This document shows positions 8,948 to 17,858 of a stretch of DNA of 25,406 nt, piece after piece. The number at the start of each line of letters is the position of its first letter. Position 1 is the first letter of the stretch. The notes beneath the pieces were generated by a model. It was not told where the DNA came from. It did no database searches and was given only the letters and a program-made list of their open reading frames with translations. Made by a program: the position numbers and the translations under genes. The stretch comes from a virus (Duplodnaviria > Caudoviricetes). Where the stretch lies: the IMG/VR virus record IMGVR_UViG_3300025676_000071, positions 1-25,406 of that record, one strand, 5' to 3'.

Positions 8948-10810
8948 TTATATCATGAAGGGGACAAAAGTGGCGGGCGCCTGCTGGCCTTGTGTTTTTT
9001 GCATATCATAATATATTTTAATCATCCAATTTCCCAAAACCAGCGCCGAGTAGCAATCCTTTCTAGCCTTTTCCCTTCCAGTTTGTTTTCGTAACTCAGG
9101 AGGAAGATCGAAGGTTTGGGTGCCGTGAGCAGACGAAGTGATTTGAATAAGAGCGCATTGGTTTTTGGTTACGTTTATCATATCCTCCTGGTGCTCAACA
9201 AAGTCGATCATTTTGGCCGCATTACTTTCTTTTTCCTGATATGCTTCGTGTACTATAAACTGCAACTTCTCGATAGGTATCTTTTTCCTTGTTTGCTTAG
9301 AATAGTTATCTCCGGAAGCCCTCGAGGCGAACCAGATACGCCTGTGATCAAAATTAGATTGGAGGAGTTCGTTGGCCTGCCTGATCCATTGAGAAGTAGG
9401 CTTGCGAAGAAGGCAATACCTGCGATCTTCTACGGCGTATTCTTTTTTAAGTTCCCGGAGGTCTTCTTCATAACTTTCAGGCTTACAGAGGTCCGCCTCT
9501 ATATATTTTATGTTTATGTGAGCACCCTTAAAGAGAGAGCTTTCATTGGCGGCATTGATGAATTGGACCCCGCCATTATAGTCTCCGACAATGCCCACTA
9601 TATTGAAATTAGTAAGAAGATAATAAAAATAATAAATGTGATCTTTTAGTTTTGCTCCCGGAACTGCATAGGCATGAACCAGGGCTCCTACCTGGGCGTT
9701 ATCGTTTAGTTTAAAAACCTGCATCGCAAAATCATCAGAGCTTTCACTTTCAGCCCAACTCGGATCGAAGGAGAGTATATATTTATCTTCAGGGGCTCCC
9801 TTTACTTCGACGCAAGGCTCGTGTCCTTCACTAATAGTGCATTTAGCCATAGTGGAAATCTTAAAATATCCACTACTGTCATCTGTGAATATAGCTCCGA
9901 ACTCTCTTCCGAATTGAGATTCGCTCATGCTCGCTTTAGCCTGGTTAATTAGATTCAGGTCGTATAAGTGCTCGGGAGCGCAGTCGTAGCTAAATCTCAT
10001 GATGGCTCGCCGAGCCGTATCGTCCTTAATGGGAGTCGATCCATCTATGAGACCCTCAAATTGAGCGTAGAGCTTATATAAATATTCGAATTTATAACTC
10101 GCGGACGAGAGCATGATGAGTTTATTATTGGGCCACACAAAACGATCCGCCTCCTTCATCTTTCCCGTGGAAATCAAGAGGTCTTCGGCTCGAGAGAGAT
10201 CTTCTCTTTCGGTAGGATTCTCCACGACTGAAAGGAAGGGGACGATAACCTCATTATAAATTCTTTCTGGCATCAAGAGCATTTCGTCAATAATTATTCT
10301 TTGGAATCTAAACCCCCTAAGCTTTTCTCCATCGCCCAGAGGAAGAGCAATAATCCTAGAACGACCAATTTCCATGGTCCATTGGTCGTTAGTTTTAGAT
10401 GTTTTGGTGATACATTGAGCTAAATACCTCGCGGCAGGTTTACGAGCAATATCTTCAATTTTTTTAAAAATAAGCTTGGACTGCCTGAAAGATTTTGAAA
10501 GTATACCAATCTCAACTCCTTGGTTAAGAATTGCATCCATATATGCATAAATGCCTGTAGTAAAAGACTTAGACATACCACGAGACCAAATGCCTAAAAA
10601 ATAATCTACTTCAAACATAGACTTAATAGCCATATGCTGAAAAGGAAATAATTTAACTCCACTTATTAAATCTACTGCAAAAGTTATATTGTTTCTTAGA
10701 AACTTATACAATAATAGCTTTGCTTCCTGGTCTTCGAGGAAACCTTTCTTACCTAGGATAATATCATTGATATCCTCCTTGGAGGGGTAGTCACAGGGTT
10801 CCCAGGTCAT
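8948..10810 (-). CDS. terL: Terminase large subunit, 620 aa
   Basis: Q motif LFPFQ, Walker A SRGMSKS, LRG, Walker B IIIDE, coupling motif LSSA, RNase H-like FDPS...DD and C-terminal KDCYSA. Confidence 0.9.
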   Translation of the reverse strand: MTWEPCDYPSKEDINDIILGKKGFLEDQEAKLLLYKFLRNNITFAVDLISGVKLFPFQHMAIKSMFEVDYFLGIWSRGMSKSFTTGIYAYMDAILNQGVEIGILSKSFRQSKLIFKKIEDIARKPAARYLAQCITKTSKTNDQWTMEIGRSRIIALPLGDGEKLRGFRFQRIIIDEMLLMPERIYNEVIVPFLSVVENPTEREDLSRAEDLLISTGKMKEADRFVWPNNKLIMLSSASYKFEYLYKLYAQFEGLIDGSTPIKDDTARRAIMRFSYDCAPEHLYDLNLINQAKASMSESQFGREFGAIFTDDSSGYFKISTMAKCTISEGHEPCVEVKGAPEDKYILSFDPSWAESESSDDFAMQVFKLNDNAQVGALVHAYAVPGAKLKDHIYYFYYLLTNFNIVGIVGDYNGGVQFINAANESSLFKGAHINIKYIEADLCKPESYEEDLRELKKEYAVEDRRYCLLRKPTSQWIRQANELLQSNFDHRRIWFASRASGDNYSKQTRKKIPIEKLQFIVHEAYQEKESNAAKMIDFVEHQEDMINVTKNQCALIQITSSAHGTQTFDLPPELRKQTGREKARKDCYSALVLGNWMIKIYYDMQKTQGQQAPATFVPFMI

Positions 10811-11013
10811 TATTCTTTCTCATCCCCCGCTTTCCATTTCATGGACCATTTAAAGCTAGGAGTCTCAACCTCTTTTTTCTCTTTCTCACCAAGACAGGAA
10901 ACAGCGCTCCGTAGATTAGTCTGCAGAGTATCTATTACTACATATAGCTCAGATATGCGCTTGTCCTTTTGGAGGGACTGATCCACTATATATTGATAGT
11001 TATGATTCTTCAT
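10810..11013 (-). CDS. Hypothetical protein, 67 aa
   Basis: Fills the gap and is translationally coupled (TAATG) to terL. Confidence 0.6.
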   Translation of the reverse strand: MKNHNYQYIVDQSLQKDKRISELYVVIDTLQTNLRSAVSCLGEKEKKEVETPSFKWSMKWKAGDEKE

Positions 11014-11953
11014 ATTCGCGAGTATCTAAAAAATATTGTAAATCTGTTTTCCATAATTTCTTTCCATAATATAGAAGCTTTGGTATTAGTTCCTCGGATT
11101 TCTTTCTGCTCCCCGTAAAAACAAATTGACACCGCCTGGGATAGTCTTGAATGATTCTGCGCATATTATAAAAGATATAAGTTAAGTTTGATTTGTGTGG
11201 GCCAAAATGATTATTCTTGTATATTTTCTTTATGTCGCTTTCTATTATTATATATAAATAACTATTAAATTCTCTACATCTTTCAATTTCTTTTTTAAAT
11301 CTCTCATAGCCTGCTCCCAGCGTTCCCTTGAAGTCGCTCTCGCTTTTTCTATCAACATAAGTATAATCATAGTAATCACCACCAATTGTATAATCCCCGA
11401 AATCTAATTTCATTTCGGTAGAGTTTTTAAACTTTAATGGCTTTTGTTCTCTTGTATCTATAAATATGTCTAGACTGCTTATTTCTTCATTCTCTTCCCA
11501 GAAGGCTTCTGGTAAGTCTTGGTTATATAAAGCCTCCACTCCATACTGGGCGCATGCCGTAGAATAAGACCCATAGGTTTTCTTATAAAAAGATAGAGGT
11601 GGCAACTTCTTAGTCCGCATGTCTAAATGGCACGGGCCAAATTCTAAACCCTTGGATTTTATTCTCTGCTTTAGTTGATGTCCCAAATACTCTTTTACTT
11701 CTACTGGGTCAGATGCATTGCACCATTTTATCATTTGCTGATAGGTGGAGAAGTCATTATTAAAATAGTCTTCTTTATTTTTAAAGGGAAGAGGCTCTCC
11801 GTTTAATTTATTATACCTAGGGTAAAAAGATGTATAGTACTCCGCTACAGTCAGATTATGTTTCTTGAAGTGCGCATGCAGGGCCCGCTCTGTTTTAAAA
11901 GCCTGATTGCATTCCTTGCATTCAAATTCATTTTCCGCCGCCATTGTATTCAA
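11000..11953 (-). CDS. C2H2 zinc finger + ERCC4/XPF-like nuclease
   Basis: CKEC-x12-HFKKH; IDTREQ...GDY...DRKSESD...IIE matches the ERCC4 GDxnERKxxD pattern with D for E; start TTG 11953 or ATG 11944. Confidence 0.75.
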   Translation of the reverse strand: MNTMAAENEFECKECNQAFKTERALHAHFKKHNLTVAEYYTSFYPRYNKLNGEPLPFKNKEDYFNNDFSTYQQMIKWCNASDPVEVKEYLGHQLKQRIKSKGLEFGPCHLDMRTKKLPPLSFYKKTYGSYSTACAQYGVEALYNQDLPEAFWEENEEISSLDIFIDTREQKPLKFKNSTEMKLDFGDYTIGGDYYDYTYVDRKSESDFKGTLGAGYERFKKEIERCREFNSYLYIIIESDIKKIYKNNHFGPHKSNLTYIFYNMRRIIQDYPRRCQFVFTGSRKKSEELIPKLLYYGKKLWKTDLQYFLDTREYEES

Positions 11954-12987
11954 TCATTGCACTGTAGGGCGTAGTCGTTTTTATACATCTTTTCTACGAG
12001 TCCACGGAAGTTCGTTTTTCTCTTCCATTTAAGTTCCTTTTCTGCTAACCCCGGGTCTCCGCATAATTTATGCACTTCCGCTGGACGGTAGAACGCAGGA
12101 TTTATTTCGAAAATAAGATGCCCGGACGACGCATGGTAAAACTTTTCGTTTTCCTTCTCTCCTTCACCGTACCACTCAATTCCTGCCGCTTTTAAGGACT
12201 CTTCCAGAAAGTCTCGAACCGAATACATCTCCCCACTAGCTAAAACATAATTCTTGGCCCCCTCCTGATTAAGCATTAGCCATACCCCCTCCATGAAATC
12301 TTCTGCATCACTCCAGTCTCTTCGAGCCTCTATATTTCCCAGCTTTAATACGGGGATTTCTCTCCCGTTCTCTATAGCATGCTTTATTTGCGCCACCCCG
12401 TCGCTTATTTTACGAGTCACAAAATCCAACCCCCTTCGGGCCCCTTCGTGATTAAAGAGCCAGCCTTGTATGGCAAAAATACCGTAAGACTTTTTGTACA
12501 CCCTTACAATGTGCCTTGCTGCGCATTTAGCAGCCCCATAGGGCGATTGAGGGCAAAGAGGATGATTCTCATCTTGAGGGGTATACTGGACATCTCCAAA
12601 CTCCTCTGAAGAACCTGCATTATAAAATCGACAATGAGGGGCAAAGCGCCGAATGGACTCTAGTATATGTAATACGGCATTCGCATCAGTTTCCCAGGTC
12701 TGTATAGGATATTTCCAGCTCCCAGCCACAAAGGACTGCGCGGCAAAATTAATGAAGTATTCCGGCTGGATATCTATAATAACGTCCCTTATGCTATGCC
12801 CATCATTCAAGTCCATGTCAATTAAATGAAATCGAGGTTCGTTTTCTAAATGCAATATGTTCTCGTGATTTTTAACACTCAAACGTCGGACCGAACCGTA
12901 AATTTCATGGCTTGTATTCTTTAATAAGAAATCCACCATATGGCTCCCGTCTTGACCTGTTACCCCTGTTACTATTATTTTTTTCAT
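11950..12987 (-). CDS. gmd: GDP-mannose 4,6-dehydratase
   Basis: TGVTGQDGS, AAQSFV, SSEEFG, SPYGAAK (YxxxK), FNHE, FVTRKI, LGN..ARRDW, YRPAEV; start at MKKIIV (12987). Confidence 0.95.
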   Translation of the reverse strand: MKKIIVTGVTGQDGSHMVDFLLKNTSHEIYGSVRRLSVKNHENILHLENEPRFHLIDMDLNDGHSIRDVIIDIQPEYFINFAAQSFVAGSWKYPIQTWETDANAVLHILESIRRFAPHCRFYNAGSSEEFGDVQYTPQDENHPLCPQSPYGAAKCAARHIVRVYKKSYGIFAIQGWLFNHEGARRGLDFVTRKISDGVAQIKHAIENGREIPVLKLGNIEARRDWSDAEDFMEGVWLMLNQEGAKNYVLASGEMYSVRDFLEESLKAAGIEWYGEGEKENEKFYHASSGHLIFEINPAFYRPAEVHKLCGDPGLAEKELKWKRKTNFRGLVEKMYKNDYALQCND

Positions 12988-12989
12988 GA

Positions 12990-14036
12990 TTATATGACCT
13001 CCGAGGGTCCAATTCCTAAAATTCTCGCCTTCCACTCTGGCATGCTTTCCAGTTTGTCCGCCTCTCTCTTTACGGCCTCCTTATGCATTTCTGCGATCAG
13101 CACCATGCGCTTGCGCTCATCTTCATCCTGGAAGACCTGAACTAAAGACAGAATATTAGCGTATTGGTCTTGCTTGGCATTGATTCTTTTTGCGCGATCT
13201 CCTTGCAGTTTTTGAATAAGGGACTCCATTCTTTTTTCACATTGATTATATTCGTCGCTTTTAGTTTTTAGTAGCTCGGCCAAGCGCACGGTCATTTCTT
13301 GTTGACTCTCAGCCTCATCAAACATTTTGTCTAGTTTGTTCATGGCCTTCTGAACGTGCTTTAGATTAATATAGTCTATGCAGACATTGATATAGAGATT
13401 TACTTCGTCTGTCGTTAAGTCAGACTTGTCGTGGATAGCTCGAATAAATTCTGCCTCGAAAAGAGTGCGATCACTAACTTCAAGATAAGCGCTAATTGTC
13501 TGAACGAAACGGGGGGAGGATAAGTATCTTCTCAAGGAATCGATGCAATCTCTTTGAGCAATGCTTAGTTTGTTGGGCTGCCAGGAGGCTCCAGCAACAT
13601 CGTTTACTTTATTAACTATTACTGTGGAGGTCCGGGGCGGTACATATTGGAAATTCTCCCCTTTTTCCCCATGATCGCCATGTGGGCCATGCTTATCTAG
13701 ATAATCCGCCACAACTAAAGTCTCCTTACTTAAGGGAGAAATAGAATCATCAGGAAAGAGGATGGACGCAATTTGATAAGGGTTCATGCCATCTCGGGCA
13801 TATTCCTCAGAGGACTCTTGTTGCTCCTCGGTGAGGTTGACGTTTTTTACTTTTTTATGTTTAGTTGTTTGAAAGTCCAGCTTCTCGGACACGCAAAAAG
13901 CACGCACTGCTCTCCCCTCTTTGCTTCTCCCGTCTATGGTGTCGTCCGTAAAGGTGGCCTTCGTCAATTCTATTAGATCGGGCATCTCTGCATGGTTGGC
14001 CCTAATGAAATCTTTTTGCTCTGCCGTTAAATTCAT
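12990..14036 (-). CDS. Hypothetical protein, HTH-like N-terminus and coiled-coil C-terminus (possible small terminase)
   Basis: ATGA overlap with the sigma gene; lies upstream of terL; the TerS role is inference only. Confidence 0.55.
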   Translation of the reverse strand: MNLTAEQKDFIRANHAEMPDLIELTKATFTDDTIDGRSKEGRAVRAFCVSEKLDFQTTKHKKVKNVNLTEEQQESSEEYARDGMNPYQIASILFPDDSISPLSKETLVVADYLDKHGPHGDHGEKGENFQYVPPRTSTVIVNKVNDVAGASWQPNKLSIAQRDCIDSLRRYLSSPRFVQTISAYLEVSDRTLFEAEFIRAIHDKSDLTTDEVNLYINVCIDYINLKHVQKAMNKLDKMFDEAESQQEMTVRLAELLKTKSDEYNQCEKRMESLIQKLQGDRAKRINAKQDQYANILSLVQVFQDEDERKRMVLIAEMHKEAVKREADKLESMPEWKARILGIGPSEVI

Positions 14037-14749
14037 TCGCAAATATCCTTTTCCTTTAATAGTCGTATAGCTTGTTGTTTAAACTTTTTACGCAGATTCT
14101 TTATTTGCTTGTATCCCGCCTTCCTTCCTCTCTCATTGCTTTTATAACCCAGTAGCTCCGCCACCTCTTCTTCGTCTTTATTTTTTATAAATAAGAGGTC
14201 ATATATGTAAAATTGCTTTGGAGGCAATGCCCGCTCCATTTCCATGTGGAGCTTTTTCTCGGCACGATCAATGTCAAAAGTATCCCCGTGCAATTTAAAG
14301 ATTTGGCCCGTTTCAGACTCCAAGGCAACGGCCATTTTTATATCGTACGCGGATTTTTTGGTTTGTTCCCATTTGGCGTAAAGAGGGCATTCCGAACACT
14401 GATTGCCGCTAGGAGTAAAGGCGCAGAGGGATCCTATTTTATCCCCGCCTCCCGGCACTCCTTGATTAAAAGGACAGTTTAGGCAGGGGCGCACAAAATT
14501 ACTATAGTGGTTGCGGAGAATATTCTTCATTTGGTTAGTAATGATTTTATTCACCCAGGGCTCTAACGGGCGCACTTGATCCCAGTGGTCCCATTTCTGG
14601 TGGATATGAGTCCTTATTATTTGGCAGACGTCATCAAAGTCAAACCACGCTACCGAGGTCAAGAACCACTTAGACCTCCTCTTGAGTAATTCGTGATCTA
14701 TCTGCTCCGCCTTGTCGGCGTATGTTGCTTTTTCAACCTTCGCTGACAT
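14033..14749 (-). CDS. Phage sigma70-family (ECF-like) factor with a Cys-rich insertion
   Basis: Region 2-like DFDDVCQ...WDHWD..RPLEPWVNKIITNQMKNILR; region 4-like LPPKQ...EEEVAELLGY. Confidence 0.75.
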   Translation of the reverse strand: MSAKVEKATYADKAEQIDHELLKRRSKWFLTSVAWFDFDDVCQIIRTHIHQKWDHWDQVRPLEPWVNKIITNQMKNILRNHYSNFVRPCLNCPFNQGVPGGGDKIGSLCAFTPSGNQCSECPLYAKWEQTKKSAYDIKMAVALESETGQIFKLHGDTFDIDRAEKKLHMEMERALPPKQFYIYDLLFIKNKDEEEVAELLGYKSNERGRKAGYKQIKNLRKKFKQQAIRLLKEKDICE

Positions 14750-15173
14750 CTCCCGATTGATCCGCTGAACTTTTGCATTCGTTTAAGGTCTCCTTGACTG
14801 CCTCGAATTTTGCGGCTGTATCGGGAGGTTGGGATTTGGCAGAGGCTTTCTTAGTTTTCTTCTTGGGTCTTGAGCCCTGTTTTCCTTTAGAGGGGGGCGC
14901 CCCTACTAAATCCGACAGGGACCCATAGGACCTTCCAACACCCCCATAGTCTCCATCTAGTTCATATTGGAGAGCATGTATGGTGGGAAGATGAGAGATA
15001 TCTGTTCCCTCCGGATCTTCCTCGTGGGTCTGCGCGGTAGCTAGACCCTGCTTGGGTATAGGAGCTTTAACTCCCTCTTTCCCTCTCTGGATGCCGCAAG
15101 AGGGGCAAAAGTTAGGTTGCTTTAGTAAGTACTCTATTTTACTCCCGCAGGTACTGCAATATTCAAAATTCAT
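14733..15173 (-). CDS. Zinc-ribbon protein, 146 aa
   Basis: CSTCG-x-PNFCPSCG N-terminal zinc ribbon. Confidence 0.75.
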   Translation of the reverse strand: MNFEYCSTCGSKIEYLLKQPNFCPSCGIQRGKEGVKAPIPKQGLATAQTHEEDPEGTDISHLPTIHALQYELDGDYGGVGRSYGSLSDLVGAPPSKGKQGSRPKKKTKKASAKSQPPDTAAKFEAVKETLNECKSSADQSGDVSEG

Positions 15174-15211
15174 AGTATATATAATATATACTGCAAGTCC
15201 TTATTATTCAA

Positions 15212-15841
15212 TTATAAAAGATAGCCCGCGATAACCCTCGCCTGCCTTTTCATGAAAACTAAGGTATCTGCTTCGAATTTAGAAGTTTGAGATTCCCCGG
15301 TTTGGAACCCTATCACATTTTGAACGGCGTAGTCCTTTATGTAATCCACTCCTAATATTCCAATGATTTTCCCATTAAGGGTTTTGATGGGGACATTATA
15401 AATACTCTTCACTCCTTTTAGCGCCAACAGTCCCGCAAAAGCATGATCGTCCATGTTCTCTACGTCAGTGTAATCAAACCGCTCTTTCTCGACGAGCTCA
15501 CTAATATAATGATGATAATTAGACACCCTGTGGTCTTGCGAATTCTGACACTCCGCACTAATTCCCTCTTGAACTATTTCGTAGGAGCAGCTAAACTTTT
15601 GCTGGCCTCGTCCGGAGAAATAACTGTGGCCATTATGGAACTCTAGAACATATGCCCGATCCGCATCCATCTCACACATAGTGTAATTGAGGGCTGTATA
15701 AACATTCTCGTTCTGCTTTGTCTCGGATTCAATAGTGGTACACTCTTTTGACACCAACCTATGACGCAGATATACAGCTCCCAACGTGGCCACACACGAC
15801 AGGATAGAGGCAGAAATGTAAGTGACGAGCTCCCACTCCAT
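15212..15841 (-). CDS. Single-TM + GAF-domain protein (holin T-like architecture)
   Basis: N-terminal hydrophobic helix then ADRAYVLEFHNG...GVKSIYNVPI...IIGILGVDY, a GAF pattern. Confidence 0.65.
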   Translation of the reverse strand: MEWELVTYISASILSCVATLGAVYLRHRLVSKECTTIESETKQNENVYTALNYTMCEMDADRAYVLEFHNGHSYFSGRGQQKFSCSYEIVQEGISAECQNSQDHRVSNYHHYISELVEKERFDYTDVENMDDHAFAGLLALKGVKSIYNVPIKTLNGKIIGILGVDYIKDYAVQNVIGFQTGESQTSKFEADTLVFMKRQARVIAGYLL

Positions 15842-16032
15842 TACCTAAAAGAATCGTAATCCTCTTTCTTGCAAAACTTAAGCATTTTAGTCCCATCTTC
15901 GTCAATGGCTGCAAAGGCGTATCTCAGTCGAATGTCTCCACTTTTGGTTTTGTTCTCTAAGAGCCTTTTTGTGACCTGATCGGTAGAAATCTGGACCTTC
16001 TTGCGCTTGCGGACATTATAGAATTCTATCAT
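15841..16032 (-). CDS. Small basic beta protein, 63 aa (Cc1/Cren7-like DNA binder?)
   Basis: FYNVRKRKKV...YAFAAIDEDGTKMLKF; coupled to the next gene; GTGTA upstream. Confidence 0.6.
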   Translation of the reverse strand: MIEFYNVRKRKKVQISTDQVTKRLLENKTKSGDIRLRYAFAAIDEDGTKMLKFCKKEDYDSFR

Positions 16033-16041
16033 GCTCTTTAA

Positions 16042-16758
16042 TTACACGTATTTTGTCCTCGAATTGAGGCGAGAAACGATAAATTTCAAAATTACGCTCC
16101 GCTTAATGTCATTTTCATCAAACTCAAAGCATTCTATCCCCTTGGACTGACTCTGGGCATCATTGAATAACTGATACATTCCCTGGAATCCAGTCTTCCC
16201 GTTGATATCGCTTTGCATGGTGTCTCCACAAATAAAGAGTTTGGTGTTGTGCCCTATTCTTGTAATAAGGGTAGTAAGCTCCTTAAAGGTAAAATTCTGT
16301 GCCTCGTCCGCAATAACGACTTTATCTATCCAATTTGCTCCCCGCAAGAAATTAATGGGCATAGATTGAATTCGCCCTTTTTCCAAAAGCTCTCTTTTGA
16401 GAGTATTGGTCTTGGGGAGCATCTCTTCCAGCTTATCATTCAAGGGTGCCATATAGGGATTGAATTTTTCTTCCACATCTCCCGGTAATGCCCCCATCCC
16501 TTTCTCTGCGCTTTCGATAATGGTTCGAACGTATAAGAGATCTAATTCCTCTCTCGCACTTAATAACCTTAGGGCGGAGTAGACCGCCATATACGTCTTG
16601 GTAGAACCGGCAGGACCGTTGATAAAGATAATCTTAGTCTTGGGGTCCAGCGCTGTAGAGAGTAGGCGTAATTGCTTTTCGTCCAGCTTCTTACACTGAA
16701 CGCTTATCTTTTGCGGTAACTGAGGAATGCGGAGTTTGGAACCTTTTTTTGCAGCCAT
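16042..16758 (-). CDS. phoH: PhoH-family ATPase
   Basis: GPAGSTKT, GALPGD..EK..PY..P..D, FLRG, IADEAQN, TRIG, GD..QSD, DIKRS. Confidence 0.92.
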   Translation of the reverse strand: MAAKKGSKLRIPQLPQKISVQCKKLDEKQLRLLSTALDPKTKIIFINGPAGSTKTYMAVYSALRLLSAREELDLLYVRTIIESAEKGMGALPGDVEEKFNPYMAPLNDKLEEMLPKTNTLKRELLEKGRIQSMPINFLRGANWIDKVVIADEAQNFTFKELTTLITRIGHNTKLFICGDTMQSDINGKTGFQGMYQLFNDAQSQSKGIECFEFDENDIKRSVILKFIVSRLNSRTKYV

Positions 16759-16767
16759 GTACTTTCT

Positions 16768-16800
16768 ATATTACACTCGTATCTCGTTTTAGTGTAATAT
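16768..16800. promoter_or_regulatory. Divergent pair of GTGTAAT motifs (putative late promoters)
   Basis: Perfect 10-bp inverted repeat ATATTACACT (16768-77) / AGTGTAATAT (16791-800), each 7-11 nt from a start codon. Confidence 0.6.
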
Positions 16801-16805
16801 TTAGT

Positions 16806-17003
16806 GTGAGTTTTTCGGAAATAATGACGGCTTTGTCTAGAATGTACAATAGTTACGACGCCACGTGCTGGTTAAATAAGCCTCGACGAGTCCTAAAGGG
16901 TGGATCCGTCGCCGATGCATTAAAGGACGGAAAGACAGGGGACGCTACTCTAATTCTCCAGAAAGAAGGGCGTTATAAAAAACTTTTCGGCGAGCGCCTC
17001 TGA
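16806..17003 (+). CDS. Hypothetical protein, about 65 aa (only plausible plus-strand gene)
   Basis: GTG start 7 nt after GTGTAAT; occupies otherwise empty space. Confidence 0.5.
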   Translation: MSFSEIMTALSRMYNSYDATCWLNKPRRVLKGGSVADALKDGKTGDATLILQKEGRYKKLFGERL

Positions 17004-17195
17004 TTTTACGAAGGGGCTCTGTTTTTTTTTAATCCGGCCATTTATTCCTAATAAACCGTTTCCAGGGGAGATTGAGAAATACCCCCCCACCGCCATGACC
17101 GAGTGACCACCCCAATTGAAATCCAAAAAATGGGGCTGGGAGTCACTTAACCCCCCCCTCCCCTCATTTTGTTGAACCATTTGTGTTTAAAATGT

Positions 17196-17429
17196 TTAAT
17201 GCCATGACGGGACTTGATCGCCGTGCAAGTCGATTTCTAGCTCTTCCAATTCATCCCAGATCTTTTCTTGCTCAAGATGGGCGTTGACGACTAACTGCTT
17301 CGCCGATTGGCAACCTGCATCAGCAAGCGGGGTTTCTCTAACTATAACAGCAAGAGCTTTATCCATTCGGATCTCTAGATCTGGATTGCGTTGAAAAGAT
17401 TGGTCGGCGTTTTGTGTGATACTGCTCAT
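17196..17429 (-). CDS. Small hypothetical early protein, 77 aa
   Basis: ORF track; 3 nt from the upstream stop. Confidence 0.7.
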   Translation of the reverse strand: MSSITQNADQSFQRNPDLEIRMDKALAVIVRETPLADAGCQSAKQLVVNAHLEQEKIWDELEELEIDLHGDQVPSWH

Positions 17430-17432
17430 GGT

Positions 17433-17639
17433 TTATGCTCTCCTATCTAGGTGGATTACTTCGGTTTTGACTTTGCCAAATCCTGGGTGAAATTCAATGT
17501 CCTCTTCTCGCATAATGCGATTGAGACTGGGCTTGCTCATGGCAGTCCGAACGCGAGGCGAACCGCCTATGCGTAGATTGAAAATTGCGACATTCCAAAA
17601 CTTGTGGAATCTCCGTACTTCTATTCTTTTTTCTAACAT
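17433..17639 (-). CDS. Small hypothetical early protein, 68 aa (leaderless)
   Basis: ATG 6 nt below the -10 of a TTGACA-N17-TAGATT promoter. Confidence 0.75.
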   Translation of the reverse strand: MLEKRIEVRRFHKFWNVAIFNLRIGGSPRVRTAMSKPSLNRIMREEDIEFHPGFGKVKTEVIHLDRRA

Positions 17640-17645
17640 AATATA

Positions 17646-17674
17646 AATCTAGTTTAGTTTTGAGGTTTTGTCAA
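17646..17674 (-). promoter_or_regulatory. sigma70-type promoter, class A
   Basis: TTGACA-N17-TAGATT-N6-ATG. Confidence 0.85.
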
Positions 17675-17682
17675 ATTGTTTT

Positions 17683-17853
17683 TTAGTCATTCAACCAAGA
17701 GTGACGGCGAAGCGAATCGGTTGGAATCGCCAAACGCTTTTGCGAGCGATAAACCCGAAGCAAAGCGTAAGTGACAACGCCATCTTTATGGAAACCCTCG
17801 ACAACGCCAACGACATTCCGAGGAGTGAGGACTACATCTTTAATTTTAATCAT
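17683..17853 (-). CDS. Small hypothetical protein MIKIKDVV..., 56 aa
   Basis: Start reassigned to ATG 17853, 5 nt below the -10. Confidence 0.65.
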   Translation of the reverse strand: MIKIKDVVLTPRNVVGVVEGFHKDGVVTYALLRVYRSQKRLAIPTDSLRRHSWLND

Positions 17854-17858
17854 GCTAT

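Noticed and set aside
384-16488. Plus-strand and alternate-frame ORFs within the late block (for example 3817-4302, 6299-6721, 9116-9649)
   Set aside because: Antisense or frame shadows of well-supported genes, often reflecting low-complexity codons
16950-17180. 76-aa minus-strand ORF across the G/C-run region
   Set aside because: Crosses homopolymer runs, overlaps the plus-strand ORF and has atypical composition; cannot be fully excluded
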